DNA of 64,000 nt, taken from positions 10,850,001 to 10,914,000 of the forward strand of contig OZ024740.1 of assembly GCA_964016885.1 (NCBI GenBank), read 5' to 3'. The position numbers and the translations under genes are program-made. How positions within the stretch are numbered: the first letter of the stretch is position 1; every line of letters begins with the position of its first letter. Below the pieces are notes generated by a model. The model made no database searches. It saw nothing but the letters and a program-made list of their open reading frames with translations, and was not told where the DNA came from. The stretch comes from Eledone cirrhosa. Taxonomy: Eukaryota. This document shows positions 1 to 11,638 of the stretch, piece after piece.

Positions 1-587
1 ATCTTCAACATCGTGGATTTCTGTTATTCTTACAAACATCAGACCAACGAATATGGTGAAAGTTTGAGTGTTTCTTCACAGATATGTCTTTGTATGGATT
101 TCCATTGAGAAGCCCTCTTAGAGTTCAAGGTTTTACCTGTCCCATCCATAGGGATTCTCATGCATCTGTATGATCCTTATAATGTATATGAAAGGAGCAT
201 GTTATATTTTCCATCATGGCCACAGACCACTGATAATTACACCGTTGAGCTCGTTATTAAAATCAACACACATAATATACATACCTTATTCAACTTGTTG
301 GCAATTCTGTTGGAGTTGTCCTGAAATATATAACATAACGTTGCTAGTCCTGCTTTACTGAAATCACATTGATATTCAGTTGGTATTGTTCTGTAATTAT
401 AGGTCACTGGTATATATAGCAATAATCTGACAAGGATTTCTGCTGCAAAATATTCCACGATATTTATAGCAGCTGAAATCTACAAGTATGTCTGACATTT
501 TAACTAAAATTTAGTAAAATTTACTTAATTTAGATTTAAATGTTAAATAAGCAATATTTTACCTTAAAATATGTTTTTACATTTCAG

Positions 588-611
588 GTAATCATCATCG
601 CGGACTTTCAA
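588..611 (+). CDS. Candidate 24-nt microexon 1 (phase 1-1: xNHHRGLS)
   Basis: tgtttttacatttcag|GTAATCATCATCGCGGACTTTCAA|gtaagc: pyrimidine-rich CAG acceptor, GTAAGC donor, length a multiple of 3. Confidence 0.65.
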
Positions 612-1259
612 GTAAGCAGACTATTTCCTAATCCCACTTTGTTTTTTCTATATATTCTCTTTATGTAACTGTAAATATAGATATAATTAATCAACATTTA
701 AATACAAATATTGTCTCATGTATAAACACTGGAAGTTAAAATTGAACACTGTCATGGTTCAAAATGACAGACACCAAAGTATTTCAAGAACTTATTAAAG
801 TACTTATTCTTTTGTAATCAAATGGCATGATGGTTAGGGCATAGTATACCACACAGCACACACTTATATGTAAGGTGATCGTCCATCTTGGAAAAGTACT
901 TAGGACAACTACATTACTAACAACATCACTTTAATACTAGTGGTAACTGATTAGTGAAGGACTTCGTTGGTAATAACAATGGAGAAACTGATGGAATAGT
1001 ACAGGAAGATATAGGTAAGAGAGCAATAGGTAACATATGGCAGATAAACATTGATGAAACTGGTTATCACAACTGCTCTTTAAATGTTCTTTCTACCTTT
1101 TAACTGATATTTTTACTTCTTGAAGTTTCTATACTATAAACGTTGCTGGATGTGTTGTATGTCTTTTCCAGACTGGTGTCAAGATATCTATCATGATGTG
1201 TTAGTAGATACCATGTAGCTGTAACGATAGATAAATGTCAATGTTATTTCCTTAAAGAC

Positions 1260-1444
1260 GGGCGGTGGATTGGCAGTATCGGTAGAGGGTCGGACACCAT
1301 GCTTTCTAGCATAGTTACGTCCCTTTACGATCTGAGTTCAAATCCCGCCGAGGTTGACTTTGCCTTTCATCCTTACGGGTTCGATAAAATAAAGTACCAG
1401 TAATGCACTGGGTAATTGCTGGCCTTGTGCCTAACGTAGAAACA
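1260..1444 (+). mobile_element. tRNA-derived SINE (Nin-domain-like body) with a 17-bp TSD, present only in array unit 1
   Basis: A box TGGCAGTATCGG, B box GAGTTCAAATCC, body GCCTTTCATCC...CGATAAAATAAAGTACCAG. TSD gttatttccttaaagac at 1243-1259 and 1445-1461. The site is empty in units 2 and 3. Confidence 0.92.
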
Positions 1445-2228
1445 GTTATTTCCTTAAAGACTATAGAGATGATGTTGTTCTTTCTGTGTAGTGAGATTGA
1501 TGATATCTGTCATTTTAAGACAGGCTCTGTGAAACATCATGTTATTATTATCTGATAAAGTTCTCTATGTCTGAGTCTGGAGTTCTAGATACCAGAAATT
1601 GGACATTTGGGGAATCGGTGCAGTATTTCAATGGAATTTCTATCTTCAACATCGTGGATTTCTGTTATTCTTACAAACATCAGACCAACGAATATGGTGA
1701 AAGTTTGAGTGTTTCTTCACAGATATGTCTTCGTATGGATTTCCATTGAGAAGCCCTCATAGAGTTCAAGGTTTTACCTGTCCCATCCATAGGGATTCTC
1801 CTGCATCTGTATGATCCTTATAATGTATATGAAAGGAGCATGTTATATTTTCCATCATGGCCACAGACCACTGATAATTACACCGTTGAGCTCGTTATTA
1901 AAATCAACACACATAATATACATACCTTATTCAACTTGTTGGCAATTCTGTTGGAGTTGTCCTGAAATATATAACATAACGTTGCTAGTCCTGCTTTACT
2001 GAAATCACATTGATATTCAGTTGGTATTGTTCTGTAATTATAGGTCACTAGTATATATAGCAATAATCTGACAAGGATTTCTGCTGCAAAATATTCCACG
2101 ATATTTTTAGCAGCTGAAATCTACAAGTATGTCTGATATTTTAACTAAAATTTAGTAAAATTTACTTAATTTAGATTTAAATGTTAAATAAGCAATATTT
2201 TACCTTAAAATATGTTTTTACATTTCAG

Positions 2229-2252
2229 GTAATCATCATCGCATACTTTCAA
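2229..2252 (+). CDS. Candidate 24-nt microexon 2 (phase 1-1: SNHHRILS)
   Basis: catttcag|GTAATCATCATCGCATACTTTCAA|gtaagc. Confidence 0.65.
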
Positions 2253-3718
2253 GTAAGCAGACTATTTCCTAATCCCACTTTGTTTTTTCTATATATTCTC
2301 TTTATGTAACTGTAAATATAGATATAATTAATCAACGTTTAAATACAAATATTGTCTCATGTATAAACACTGGAAGTTAAAATTGAACACTGTCATGGTT
2401 CAAAATGACAGACACCAAAGTATTTCAAGAACTTATTAATGTACTTATTCTTTTGTAATCAAATGGCATGATGGTTAGGGCATAGTATACCACACAGCAC
2501 ACACTTATATGTAAGGTGATCGTCCATCTTGGAAAAGTACTTAGGACAACTACATTACTAACAACATCACTTTAATACTAGTGGTAACTGATTAGTGAAG
2601 GACTTCGTTGGTAATAACAATGGAGAAACTGATGGAATAGTACGGGAAGATATAGGTAAGAGAGCAATAGGTAACATATGGCAGATAAACATTGATGAAA
2701 CTGGTTATCACAACTGCTCTTTAAATGTTCTTTCTACATTTTAACTGATATTTTTACTTCTTGAAGTTTCTATACTATAAACTTTGCTGGATGTGTTGTA
2801 TGTCTTTTCCAGACTGGTGTCAAGATATCTATCATGATATGGTAGTAGATATCATGTAGCTGTAACGATAGATAAATGTCAATGTTATTTCCTTAAAGAC
2901 TATATAGAGATGATGTTGTTCTTTCTGTGTAGTGAGATTGATGATATCTGTCATTTTAAGACAGGCTCTGTGAAACATCATGTTATTATTATCTGATAAA
3001 GTTCTCTATGTCTAGGTGTGGAGTTTTAGATACCAGAAATTGAACATTTGGGGAATCGGTGCAGTATTTCAATGGAATTTCTATCTTCAACATCGTGGAT
3101 TTCTGTAATTCTTACAAACATCAGACCAAAGAATATGGTGAAAGTTTGAGTGTTTCTACACAGATATGTCTTTGTATGGATTTCCATTGAGAAGCCCTCT
3201 TAGAGTTCAAGGTTTTACCTGTCCCATCCATAGGGATTCTCCTGCATCTGTATGATCCTTATAATGTATATGAAAGGAGCATGTTATATTTTCCATCATG
3301 GCCACAGACCACTGATAATTACACCGTTGAGCTCGTTATTAAAATCAACACACATAATATACATACCTTATTCAACTTGTTGGCAATTCTGTTGGAGTTG
3401 TCCTGAAATATATAACATAACGTTGCTAGTCCTGCTTTACTGAAATCACATTGATATTCAGTTGGTATTGTTCTGTAATTATAGGTCACTAGTATATATA
3501 GCAATAATCTGACAAGGATTTCTGCTGCAAAATATTCCACGATATTTATAGCAGCTGAAATCTACAAGTTTGACAAAAATTTACTAATGAATTTCAGACA
3601 GGAAAAAAAGATATATAGTGTTCTTGACTTTAGAAAAATATACTTAATTTAGATTTAAACTGTTAAATAAATTAGCAATAAGTGAAATGTTACCTAACAT
3701 TATGTTTTTACATTTCAG

Positions 3719-3739
3719 TTAATCGGGATATACCTACAA
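3719..3739 (+). CDS. Candidate 21-nt microexon 3 (phase 1-1: INRDIPT)
   Basis: catttcag|TTAATCGGGATATACCTACAA|gtaagc. Differs from the others by a frame-preserving 3-nt length change with both splice sites intact. Confidence 0.65.
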
Positions 3740-5155
3740 GTAAGCAGAATATTTCCTAATCCCACTTTGTTTTTTCTATATATATTTTCTTTATGTAACT
3801 GTAAATATAGATATGATTAATCAACATTTAAATACAAATATTGTCTCATGTATAACACTGGAAGTTAAAATTGAACACTGTCATGGTTCAAAATGACAGA
3901 CACCAAAGTATTTCAAGAACTTATTAATGTACTTATTCTTTTGTAATCAAATGGCATGATGGTTAGGGCATAGTATACGACACGGCACACACTTATATGT
4001 AAGGTGATCGTCCATCTTGGAAAAGTACTTAGGACAACTACATTACTAACAACATCACTTTAATACTAGTGGTAACTGATTAGTGAAGGACTTCGTTGGT
4101 AATAACAATGGAGAAACTGATGCAATAGTTCAGGAAGATATAGGTAAGAGAGCAATAGGTAACATATGGCAGATAAACATTGATGAAACTGGTTATCACA
4201 ACTGCTCTTTAAATGTTCTTTCTACCTTTTAACTGATATTTTTACTTCTTGAAGTTTCTATACTATAAATTTTGCTGGATGTGTTGTATGTCTTTTCCAG
4301 ACTGGTGTCAAGATATCTATCATGATATGGTAGTAGATATCATGTAGCTATAACGATAGATACATGTCAATGTTATTACCTTAAAGACTATAGAGATGAT
4401 GTTGTTCTTTCTGTGTAGTGAGATTGATGATATCTGTCATTTTAAGACAGGCTCTGTGAAACATCATGTTATTATTATCTGATAAAGTTCTCTATGTCTA
4501 GGTGTGGAGTTCTAGATACCAGAAATTGGACATTTGGGGAATCGGTGCAGTATTTCAATGGAATTTCTATCTTCAACATCGTGGATTTCTGTTATTCTTA
4601 CAAACATCAGACCAACGAATATGGTGAAAGTTTGAGTGTTTCTTCACAGATATGTCTTCGTATGGATTTCCATTGAGAAGCCCTCATAGAGTTCAAGGTT
4701 TTACCTGTCCCATCCATAGGGATTCTCCTGCATCTGTATGATCCTTATAATGTATATGAAAGGAGCATGTTATATTTTCCATCATGGCCACAGACCACTG
4801 ATAATTACACCGTTGAGCTCGTTATTAAAATCAACACACATAATATACATACCTTATTCAACTTGTTGGCAATTCTGTTGGAGTTGTCCTGAAATATATA
4901 ACATAACGTTGCTAGTCCTGCTTTACTGAAATCACATTGATATTCAGTTGGTATTGTTCTGTAATTATAGGTCACTGGTATATATAGCAATAATCTGACA
5001 AGGATTTCTGCTGCAAAATATTCCACGATATTTATAGCAGCTGAAATCTACAAGTATGTCTGATATTTTAACTAAAATTTAGTAAAATTTACTTAATTTA
5101 GATTTAAATGTTAAATAAGCAATATTTTACCTTAAAATATGTTTTTACATTTCAG

Positions 5156-5179
5156 GTAATCATCATCGCATACCTACAC
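5156..5179 (+). CDS. Candidate 24-nt microexon 4 (phase 1-1: SNHHRIPT)
   Basis: catttcag|GTAATCATCATCGCATACCTACAC|gtaagc. Confidence 0.65.
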
Positions 5180-6346
5180 GTAAGCAGAATATTTCCTAAT
5201 CCCACTTTGTTTTTTCTATATATATTCTCTTTATGTAACTGTAAATATAGATATAATTAATCAACATTTAAATACAAATATTGTCTCATGTATAAACACT
5301 GGAAGTTAAAATTGAACACTGTCATGGTTCAAAATGACAGACACCAAAGTATTTCAAGAACTTATTAATGTACTTATTCTTTTGTAATCAAATGGCATGA
5401 TGGTTAGGGCATAGTATACCACACAGCACACACTTATATGTAAGGTGATCGTCCATCTTGGAAAAGTACTTAGGACAACTACATTACTAACAACATCACT
5501 TTAATACTAGTGGTAACTGATTAGTGAAGGACTTCGTTGGTAATAACAATGGAGAAACTGATGGAATAGTACAGGAAGATATAGGTAAGAGAGCAATAGG
5601 TAACATATGGCAGATAAACATTGATGAAACTGGTTATCACAACTGCTCTTTAAATGTTCTTTCTACATTTTAACTGATATTTTTACTTCTTGAAGTTTCT
5701 ATACTATAAACTTTGCTGGATGTGTTGTAAGGGGTACGTTATATTTTCCATCATAGCCTCAGACCACTCATTCTAACAACTCTGCCATTTCATCCGACAT
5801 TCTAACAACTCCCCCAAATTTTATATATCAAAGTTAGCTTGGGACAAGTAATTGGAATTGTAAAGTTATACATACAGGTATTAAGTTCAAGAATTCTAAC
5901 CATCCCAAAACCAAAAATCCAGCTGAGAGCACAAATAAATTGTGATGAGTGTGGCTGCTGAGGACCTTCACTGCAAGGGACCAGGGTAATTGCCCCCCCC
6001 CCCATTTAAATCCGTTCCTGATGAGGGCGAGAGAGATGTGGAGCATGCAAGAATGCTGATAGAGACTATAAGTTACAACTGTTCAGGTAGTAGTCTACCA
6101 GACAATCTGTAGCAGTAGTTGATTTATATGGTTGAAGAGAAAGTCAGACTTTTAAAAATTCAAACATGCAAAAACATTAGAATAAATAGTTAAAAACAAA
6201 TAATCAATGGACCCAAATGTATGATTGAGAACTAAATTATCTTGTAAATTATCTAATGGGGGTGCAAAGGGGGCAATTACCCCAGGCCTCCGTGTTGGAG
6301 TCCCCAGCAGCGATGGCCATAGCAATTTAATTGTGACTGCTGGCGT

Positions 6347-6704
6347 CACGCAGTAATACAGAGTACCCGACCTCCCATGGGTACAAGCTGAAGCATATAG
6401 ACAATATGCCCCCTCAGCCCCCACCGCAAGGTGGTCGTGGAGGTGCCACGGCAAAAAAGCACCCAGCCCACACTGTAAAGTGGACGTGTAGACGCCACGA
6501 AAAAGCACCCAGCACTCACTGTAAATGAGGTTGGTGTTAGGAAGGGCATCCAGCTGTAGAAATCAAGCCAGATCAGTTCCTGTATGAGCAAGGCATGGTC
6601 AGCCGACCAGACACTGCCCACAACAGGACAACCCGTCTAACCCATGCTAGCGTGGAAGAACGGACGTAAAACGGTGATGATGATGATGATGATGATGATG
6701 ATGA
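6347..6704 (+). mobile_element. SINE/RTE-tail element with GGAAGGGCATCCAGC core and (GAT)n tail
   Basis: cactgtaaagtgg subrepeat, ggtgttaggaagggcatccagc, ...cggacgtaaaacgg(tga)n. Further copies at ~10277-10515, 14741-15040, 15370-15590(-), 19720-20210(-) and 28715-29130(-). Confidence 0.85.
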
Positions 6705-8583
6705 CTCTGCCAGGCTTTTGAGTTTTATCCCATTAACAATGAGAACTGTGTTTTTAACAAAAAGTATTAATGTCCTGCCTGTGGCAAAATTTCTCAACTT
6801 TAGAGACATCAAGTTGTTATCAGAACAATATTCTAATAAAAAGTATTTGATGCTGCAGTCTAAAGTGGTTGCACTGGAATCGCAAATACAATGCACCCAG
6901 CAAAGACTCTAAAATGGTTATGTTAGGAAGGACATCCAGCCATAGAAACCATGCCAAATATGTAATGTATGAGCAAGATAAAGTTGCTCCAATATGTCGG
7001 TCTCAGATTGTGACAACCTACACATGTTAGTATGGAAAGTGGATGTAAAATGAGGATGGTTAGATGTAAATATACATTTTCCATTCCAATTATTTGCGCC
7101 ATCTGACATTAATATGTAAAATTGGGGGTTTCGTGTGCATTCTAATTTTTTCTCTATGCGGGGCCCACCGAACCTGAAGTGCACCAGGCCCCCCAGGATC
7201 TAAATATCGCCCTATATATGTGACACAAAACCCTATTAGCTAGTCCTAGAAATATCTTCTCTTTTGTTTTCTAACACTTGACAATAAGATTATTCTCATG
7301 AGGACTGTACATTTGACATTGTCAGTAGAGCTTAGTGATGTACAAGATTTTCGTTGCCCTTGATGGATACAATGATTTTACTGTAACCCTTGCCTTCTAA
7401 ATTTAAGGTTACTAAATTATAATAAGCTAAGGGAGAACTAGAAAAACTTGCAATACTATTCAGTAAGACAAAGCATCTTATGTTTACTCCCTCTCATTGT
7501 TTATTAATCAACAAACAAACAAAAGACATCCGTGACAGAAACATATAGTGTCATTTACCACACTGTCAATCAATGAATTAATGGAAAGGATAAAATCAAT
7601 GGGGCATCTCAACAGATGTATTAAAAAGTGTAATGTTGAACTGTGAATGTATCAGATCTCAAGAATATTGAGGATGCAAGTAGTGTATTTATTTATTTAA
7701 TCAATTTAAACGTCCGTATAGAGCTAGTAAGCCACGACAGACTAGGGGAAGTATAGAGTACTTGTTGCAGTTAGTAATCAAAAAGAACTAATGAGACATG
7801 TAATAAGAATAAATATTTCAAATATTGAAGGCTAACGGGAGGTAGATTATGCCTAAGAAAAAGAAAGAGAAAATAGTAAAGAAGGGAAGCTGTAAAACAG
7901 AAGTTTCTCTTGTTAAATCTTTTCATAGCTTCCATGTACTGAAAGATTTTTTTAATATTTGGTAGACCTTTAGTCTGTTGAATGCCGCGTATATTTTACA
8001 CAGCTACAGTTGCTATGCCGTTTTTGTTTTTTTTTCAGTAAAATTACCAAAACATATCTGAGTGACTGACAAACGTCACATCAATAAACTAGTAAGCCCA
8101 TCTAGCTTTGAAGTTATGAACTGTTGGAAACAAGTTCACAACTTTGAAGTTATGAACTGTTGGGAAAGAGTTAAACATGTTAGGGTAAGTTATCTCGTCC
8201 GTGGCACTGGACGCTGAAGACGTTAACCATATATTGAACTTCCGATCTTGGTAGTTTTTTAAAGATTGGTTTCAGACTGATAGTTTCTACATTAGAACAA
8301 ATCGTGCCAAATGTCTTGCCTAGGTAATTTAATTATACTTTTCTTGACATCACTTACTCAATTATATTTCATTCTACATTTATTTGAATCAACTGCAATA
8401 ATTTTCTTTCATATATTCTTTGGTCATTATCAGACATAAATGTGGATTATGTCTGATATATAAGGGTAGTAGTGTGGTTAATAGGAAAAGAGTTCGGATC
8501 TAGCTGTCGAAATGGCCGGAGCTCAGCTGTTGGGGTCCTGACTTTTTTCCTATAAGGTAGATTAGATGAGTTGATATGATAAT

Positions 8584-8771
8584 TGTTACTACGTTAGGCA
8601 CAAGGCCAGCAATTACCCAGTGCATTACTGGTACTTTATTTTATCGACCCCGTAAGGATGAAAGGCAAAGTTAACCTCGGCGGGATTTGAACTCAGAATG
8701 GCAAGGGCCGTAACTCTATACGTCAAAGCATGGCGTCCGACCCTCTACCGATACTGCCAATCCACCGCCTT
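8584..8771 (-). mobile_element. tRNA-derived SINE (same family as 1260-1444) with a 19-bp TSD
   Basis: Reverse complement of the unit-1 SINE. TSD gatgagttgatatgataat at 8565-8583 and 8772-8790. A truncated 3' fragment also lies at ~9025-9097. Confidence 0.92.
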
Positions 8772-9199
8772 GATGAGTTGATATGATAATACAATCATAT
8801 AAGGCAAAGAATAATTCAAAGCTCAAATGTGATTATTCTATTAAATAATGTAATTAAACCCTAGTTATTTTATTCATATATATATATATTATATATATAT
8901 ATATATATTATATATACAAATGGAAGTTTAGTAAAATCGAAGTTTTGGCTGTGGCCAAGCTAACGATATACAATCAGGCATGTGCAGCAAAGCACTCGAT
9001 AAGGTTGTGTCCCCTTAGAGTAATAACTGTTTCTACTTTAGGCACAAGGCCAGCAATTACCCAGTGCATTACTGGTACTTTATTTTATCGACCCCTTAGA
9101 GTAATAACATACGTTAGATAGCTTGACAAATTGAAGACTGCGACCGTTGACCCAGCCACATGAACTAAAGCAATGAGAAAACCAAATCAGGTAATTGAC

Positions 9200-9253
<54 letters not shown>

Positions 9254-9395
9254 GAGTATGTGTTGGTTGCTTACTGACATTTCAGTATGCAGATTAGAGA
9301 ACTCAACGTAGTGCGCAGGTGGGTCTGTTTACTCCAGAGTCATTTAAATGATATGCCGCCATTATGTTTTCCTGTTTTTTCTGTATTAGTTCTAG

Positions 9396-9452
9396 CTGCC
9401 TGATGAGGTCATAGCTGTTGAATAATGGTTATCACCAAAATATATATTGCAG
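9396..9452 (+). ncRNA. Type I hammerhead-like motif with G12A (probably inactive)
   Basis: CTGC-CTGATGA-GGT..hairpin..ACC-AAAA-TATATAT-T-GCAG. Confidence 0.55.
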
Positions 9453-9975
9453 TGAATATGTATAAACAAAGTTAATTTTAACCTGCTGACTTACACATCT
9501 TGTTTATAAATAAATATATATATATATATATCCTCATCATCATATATATATTACTTTATTTATATACAAAATATTAAACTGATGCCAAAATCTCGATCTG
9601 TGGGGATATAAGCTAGACGGACTAAAATAAGTGAAATTTATTCCTATAGTTCCCCAACAAATGTTTCTGGAATCAAGAAACAATATAAATCATTCCAACA
9701 CAATGGAACAACAAATATTGGAAGAATTTGAATTCTGTCATCAAGAAGAGAATTGTTTGGAATAAGAGAAGACATTGAATATAAAGCATATATACGATAT
9801 CATTGCTGAGACTGCATGCTGTTCAACATGATACGTCATTGAATTACTAAATGAATATATCTTTCTCAATGTATTAGGACATTACGTTTATAATTTATTT
9901 GTATAGTTTATCCTTTCATTGAGATGTATAACTATTAGAGAGATAACTTTTTAATATATATATATATATATATAT

Positions 9976-10235
9976 AGTATTAAGGGTACTATTTATGGTT
10001 ATGTATGCAATAAAACCTTTAATGGTAATATATTATATATACACAAACCCTAAATAGTGAAAGATAGTCACTAATTCCTATCCTATTACCAGTAAGATAA
10101 ATAGCTCAATGTAATAACATCAGTTGTTTTACAGAGCAGTTATAAAGAGATTACAATAATCAAAGTTCAGTTTAAGTCATTTATTTGCTTATAAGCAAAT
10201 AAATGACTTAAACTGAACTTTGATTATTGTAATCT

Positions 10236-10242
<7 letters not shown>
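9976..10242 (-). mobile_element. Short (TA)n-embedded element (homologous to ~29231-29441) ending in a 102-bp perfect palindrome
   Basis: Its reverse complement aligns by eye with 29231-29441. Palindrome 10141-10242 is centred on gcttA|Taagc. Confidence 0.8.
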
Positions 10243-10277
<35 letters not shown>

Positions 10278-10526
10278 CATGCCCACACTCCTCCCACTGT
10301 AAAGTGGTTGTGTAGATGCCACGGAAAAAAATCACCCACCACTCACTGTAAATGAGGTTGGTGTTAGGAAGGGCATCCAGCTGTAGAAATCAAGCCAGAA
10401 TCAGTTCCCGTATGAGCAAGACAAGGTCAGCTGACTGGACACTGCCCACAATAGGACAACCCGTCTAACCCATGCTAGCGTGGAAGAACGGACGTAAAAC
10501 AATGATGATGATGATATATATATATA

Positions 10527-11212
10527 TAAGTAAGTCAATTTTCATAACTTTCTTATTTACGTCTTTCATATAATTGTTCTGCATTCCCCTGCATTGAACT
10601 ACAAAGTTACTAAGACAAAACATATATATTTGCTAGCATAGGTATGCATCTGTATACATATGTCAGTAGATATATTAATTCTTTATAATTATCTCCAAAT
10701 TATTTGTTGAGCAAAATTTGCCGAAATTACTACTGTGACTGATAGTAGTGGCTAGGCTCTGTCTTAATAGCACCCCCACTCCAAGCTGATTAACCTCAGT
10801 GTCACGTGATTGATTCTTTTGAATTTGCCACTTGACCAAGTAGGCAGTGAATTTTTCAATGTCTTGGAATCTAGCCCCGCTCGCTTTTTTCCATCCACTG
10901 AATTATTTTTATATAAGTTCCCAGTGTCCCCGCATTGCCTGGAAGCTTAGCTGAGATTAGACTCCCTGATGACGTAAGGCTTCTCTATAGTTATATTACG
11001 TAACTATATTTATCCCCTTACAGAAACTAATTAGTTGGAGTGAAATTTTAGTAAGTAAGTCAATTTTCATAACTTTATTATTTACGTCTTTCATATAATT
11101 GTTCTGCATCCCCCTGCATAGAACCACAAAGTTACTAAGACAAAACATATATATTTGCTAGCATAGGAATGCATCTGTATACATATGTCGGTAGATATAT
11201 TAATTCTTTATA
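10527..11212 (+). mobile_element. Non-autonomous Penelope-type/retrozyme-like element: ~160-bp direct repeats (10527-10687, 11052-11212; period 525) around a hammerhead ribozyme
   Basis: Direct repeats start taagtaagtcaattttcataac. Flanked by TA tracts, no ORF, internal hammerhead. Confidence 0.75.
10961..11041 (+). ncRNA. Type I hammerhead ribozyme with intact core; predicted cleavage after 11036 (GUU)
   Basis: Stem I ACTCC/GGAGT, core CTGATGA, stem II GTAAGG/CCTTAC with an extended tatagtta/taactata hairpin, GAAA, palindromic stem III ACTAATTAGT. Confidence 0.8.
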
Positions 11213-11273
11213 TATTACTCTTTTACTCTTTTACCTGTTTCAGCCATCCGGCTGAGGCCATGCTGGGGCACCG

Positions 11274-11325
<52 letters not shown>

Positions 11326-11638
11326 TACCAGATTAAAGTTTAAGCAAAGAATCGCTGCTTTCACCCTTAACAGATCTTCTGAAACTAAAAAAATCAATCT
11401 GTGAACGTAGAAGTAAATATTTCGAAAAACGTTGCAACCGAAGGTAAACAGGAAGACGATACTTTGGTTTGTGAAAACGTTCCCTGGCAATGAACGGAAA
11501 AAAGCGAAGATAATATGTCGTTGATGAGAACAATTACACACAAAACCAAACCATGTTTATAGTATAAATGAAGTCGTAGACTAATATTCTATTTGGGAAA
11601 CCGAATGATTCTCAGCTTCAAAGTTAAGAATAATGTAA

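Larger units (their letters stand above)
1..5770. repeat. Tandem array of ~1.44-1.64 kb units (about 4 units visible, truncated by the left window edge)
   Basis: The same short ORF recurs at 170, 1811, 3252 and 4738 (periods 1641, 1441, 1486). Units are nearly identical except for a SINE insertion in unit 1 and a divergent segment at ~3570-3740 in unit 3. Confidence 0.97.

Noticed and set aside
170-458. 63-aa and 73-aa ORFs repeated in each array unit
   Set aside because: They recur only because the DNA is duplicated, have no recognisable motif, and lie in the putative introns.
402-491. Second possible exon per unit ending TCTACAA|gtatgt
   Set aside because: The available acceptors give non-3n lengths or lead to a stop on joining the microexon, and the donor is altered in unit 3.
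6010-6050. CCTGATGAG hammerhead-like core
   Set aside because: No downstream GAAA or compatible stems.
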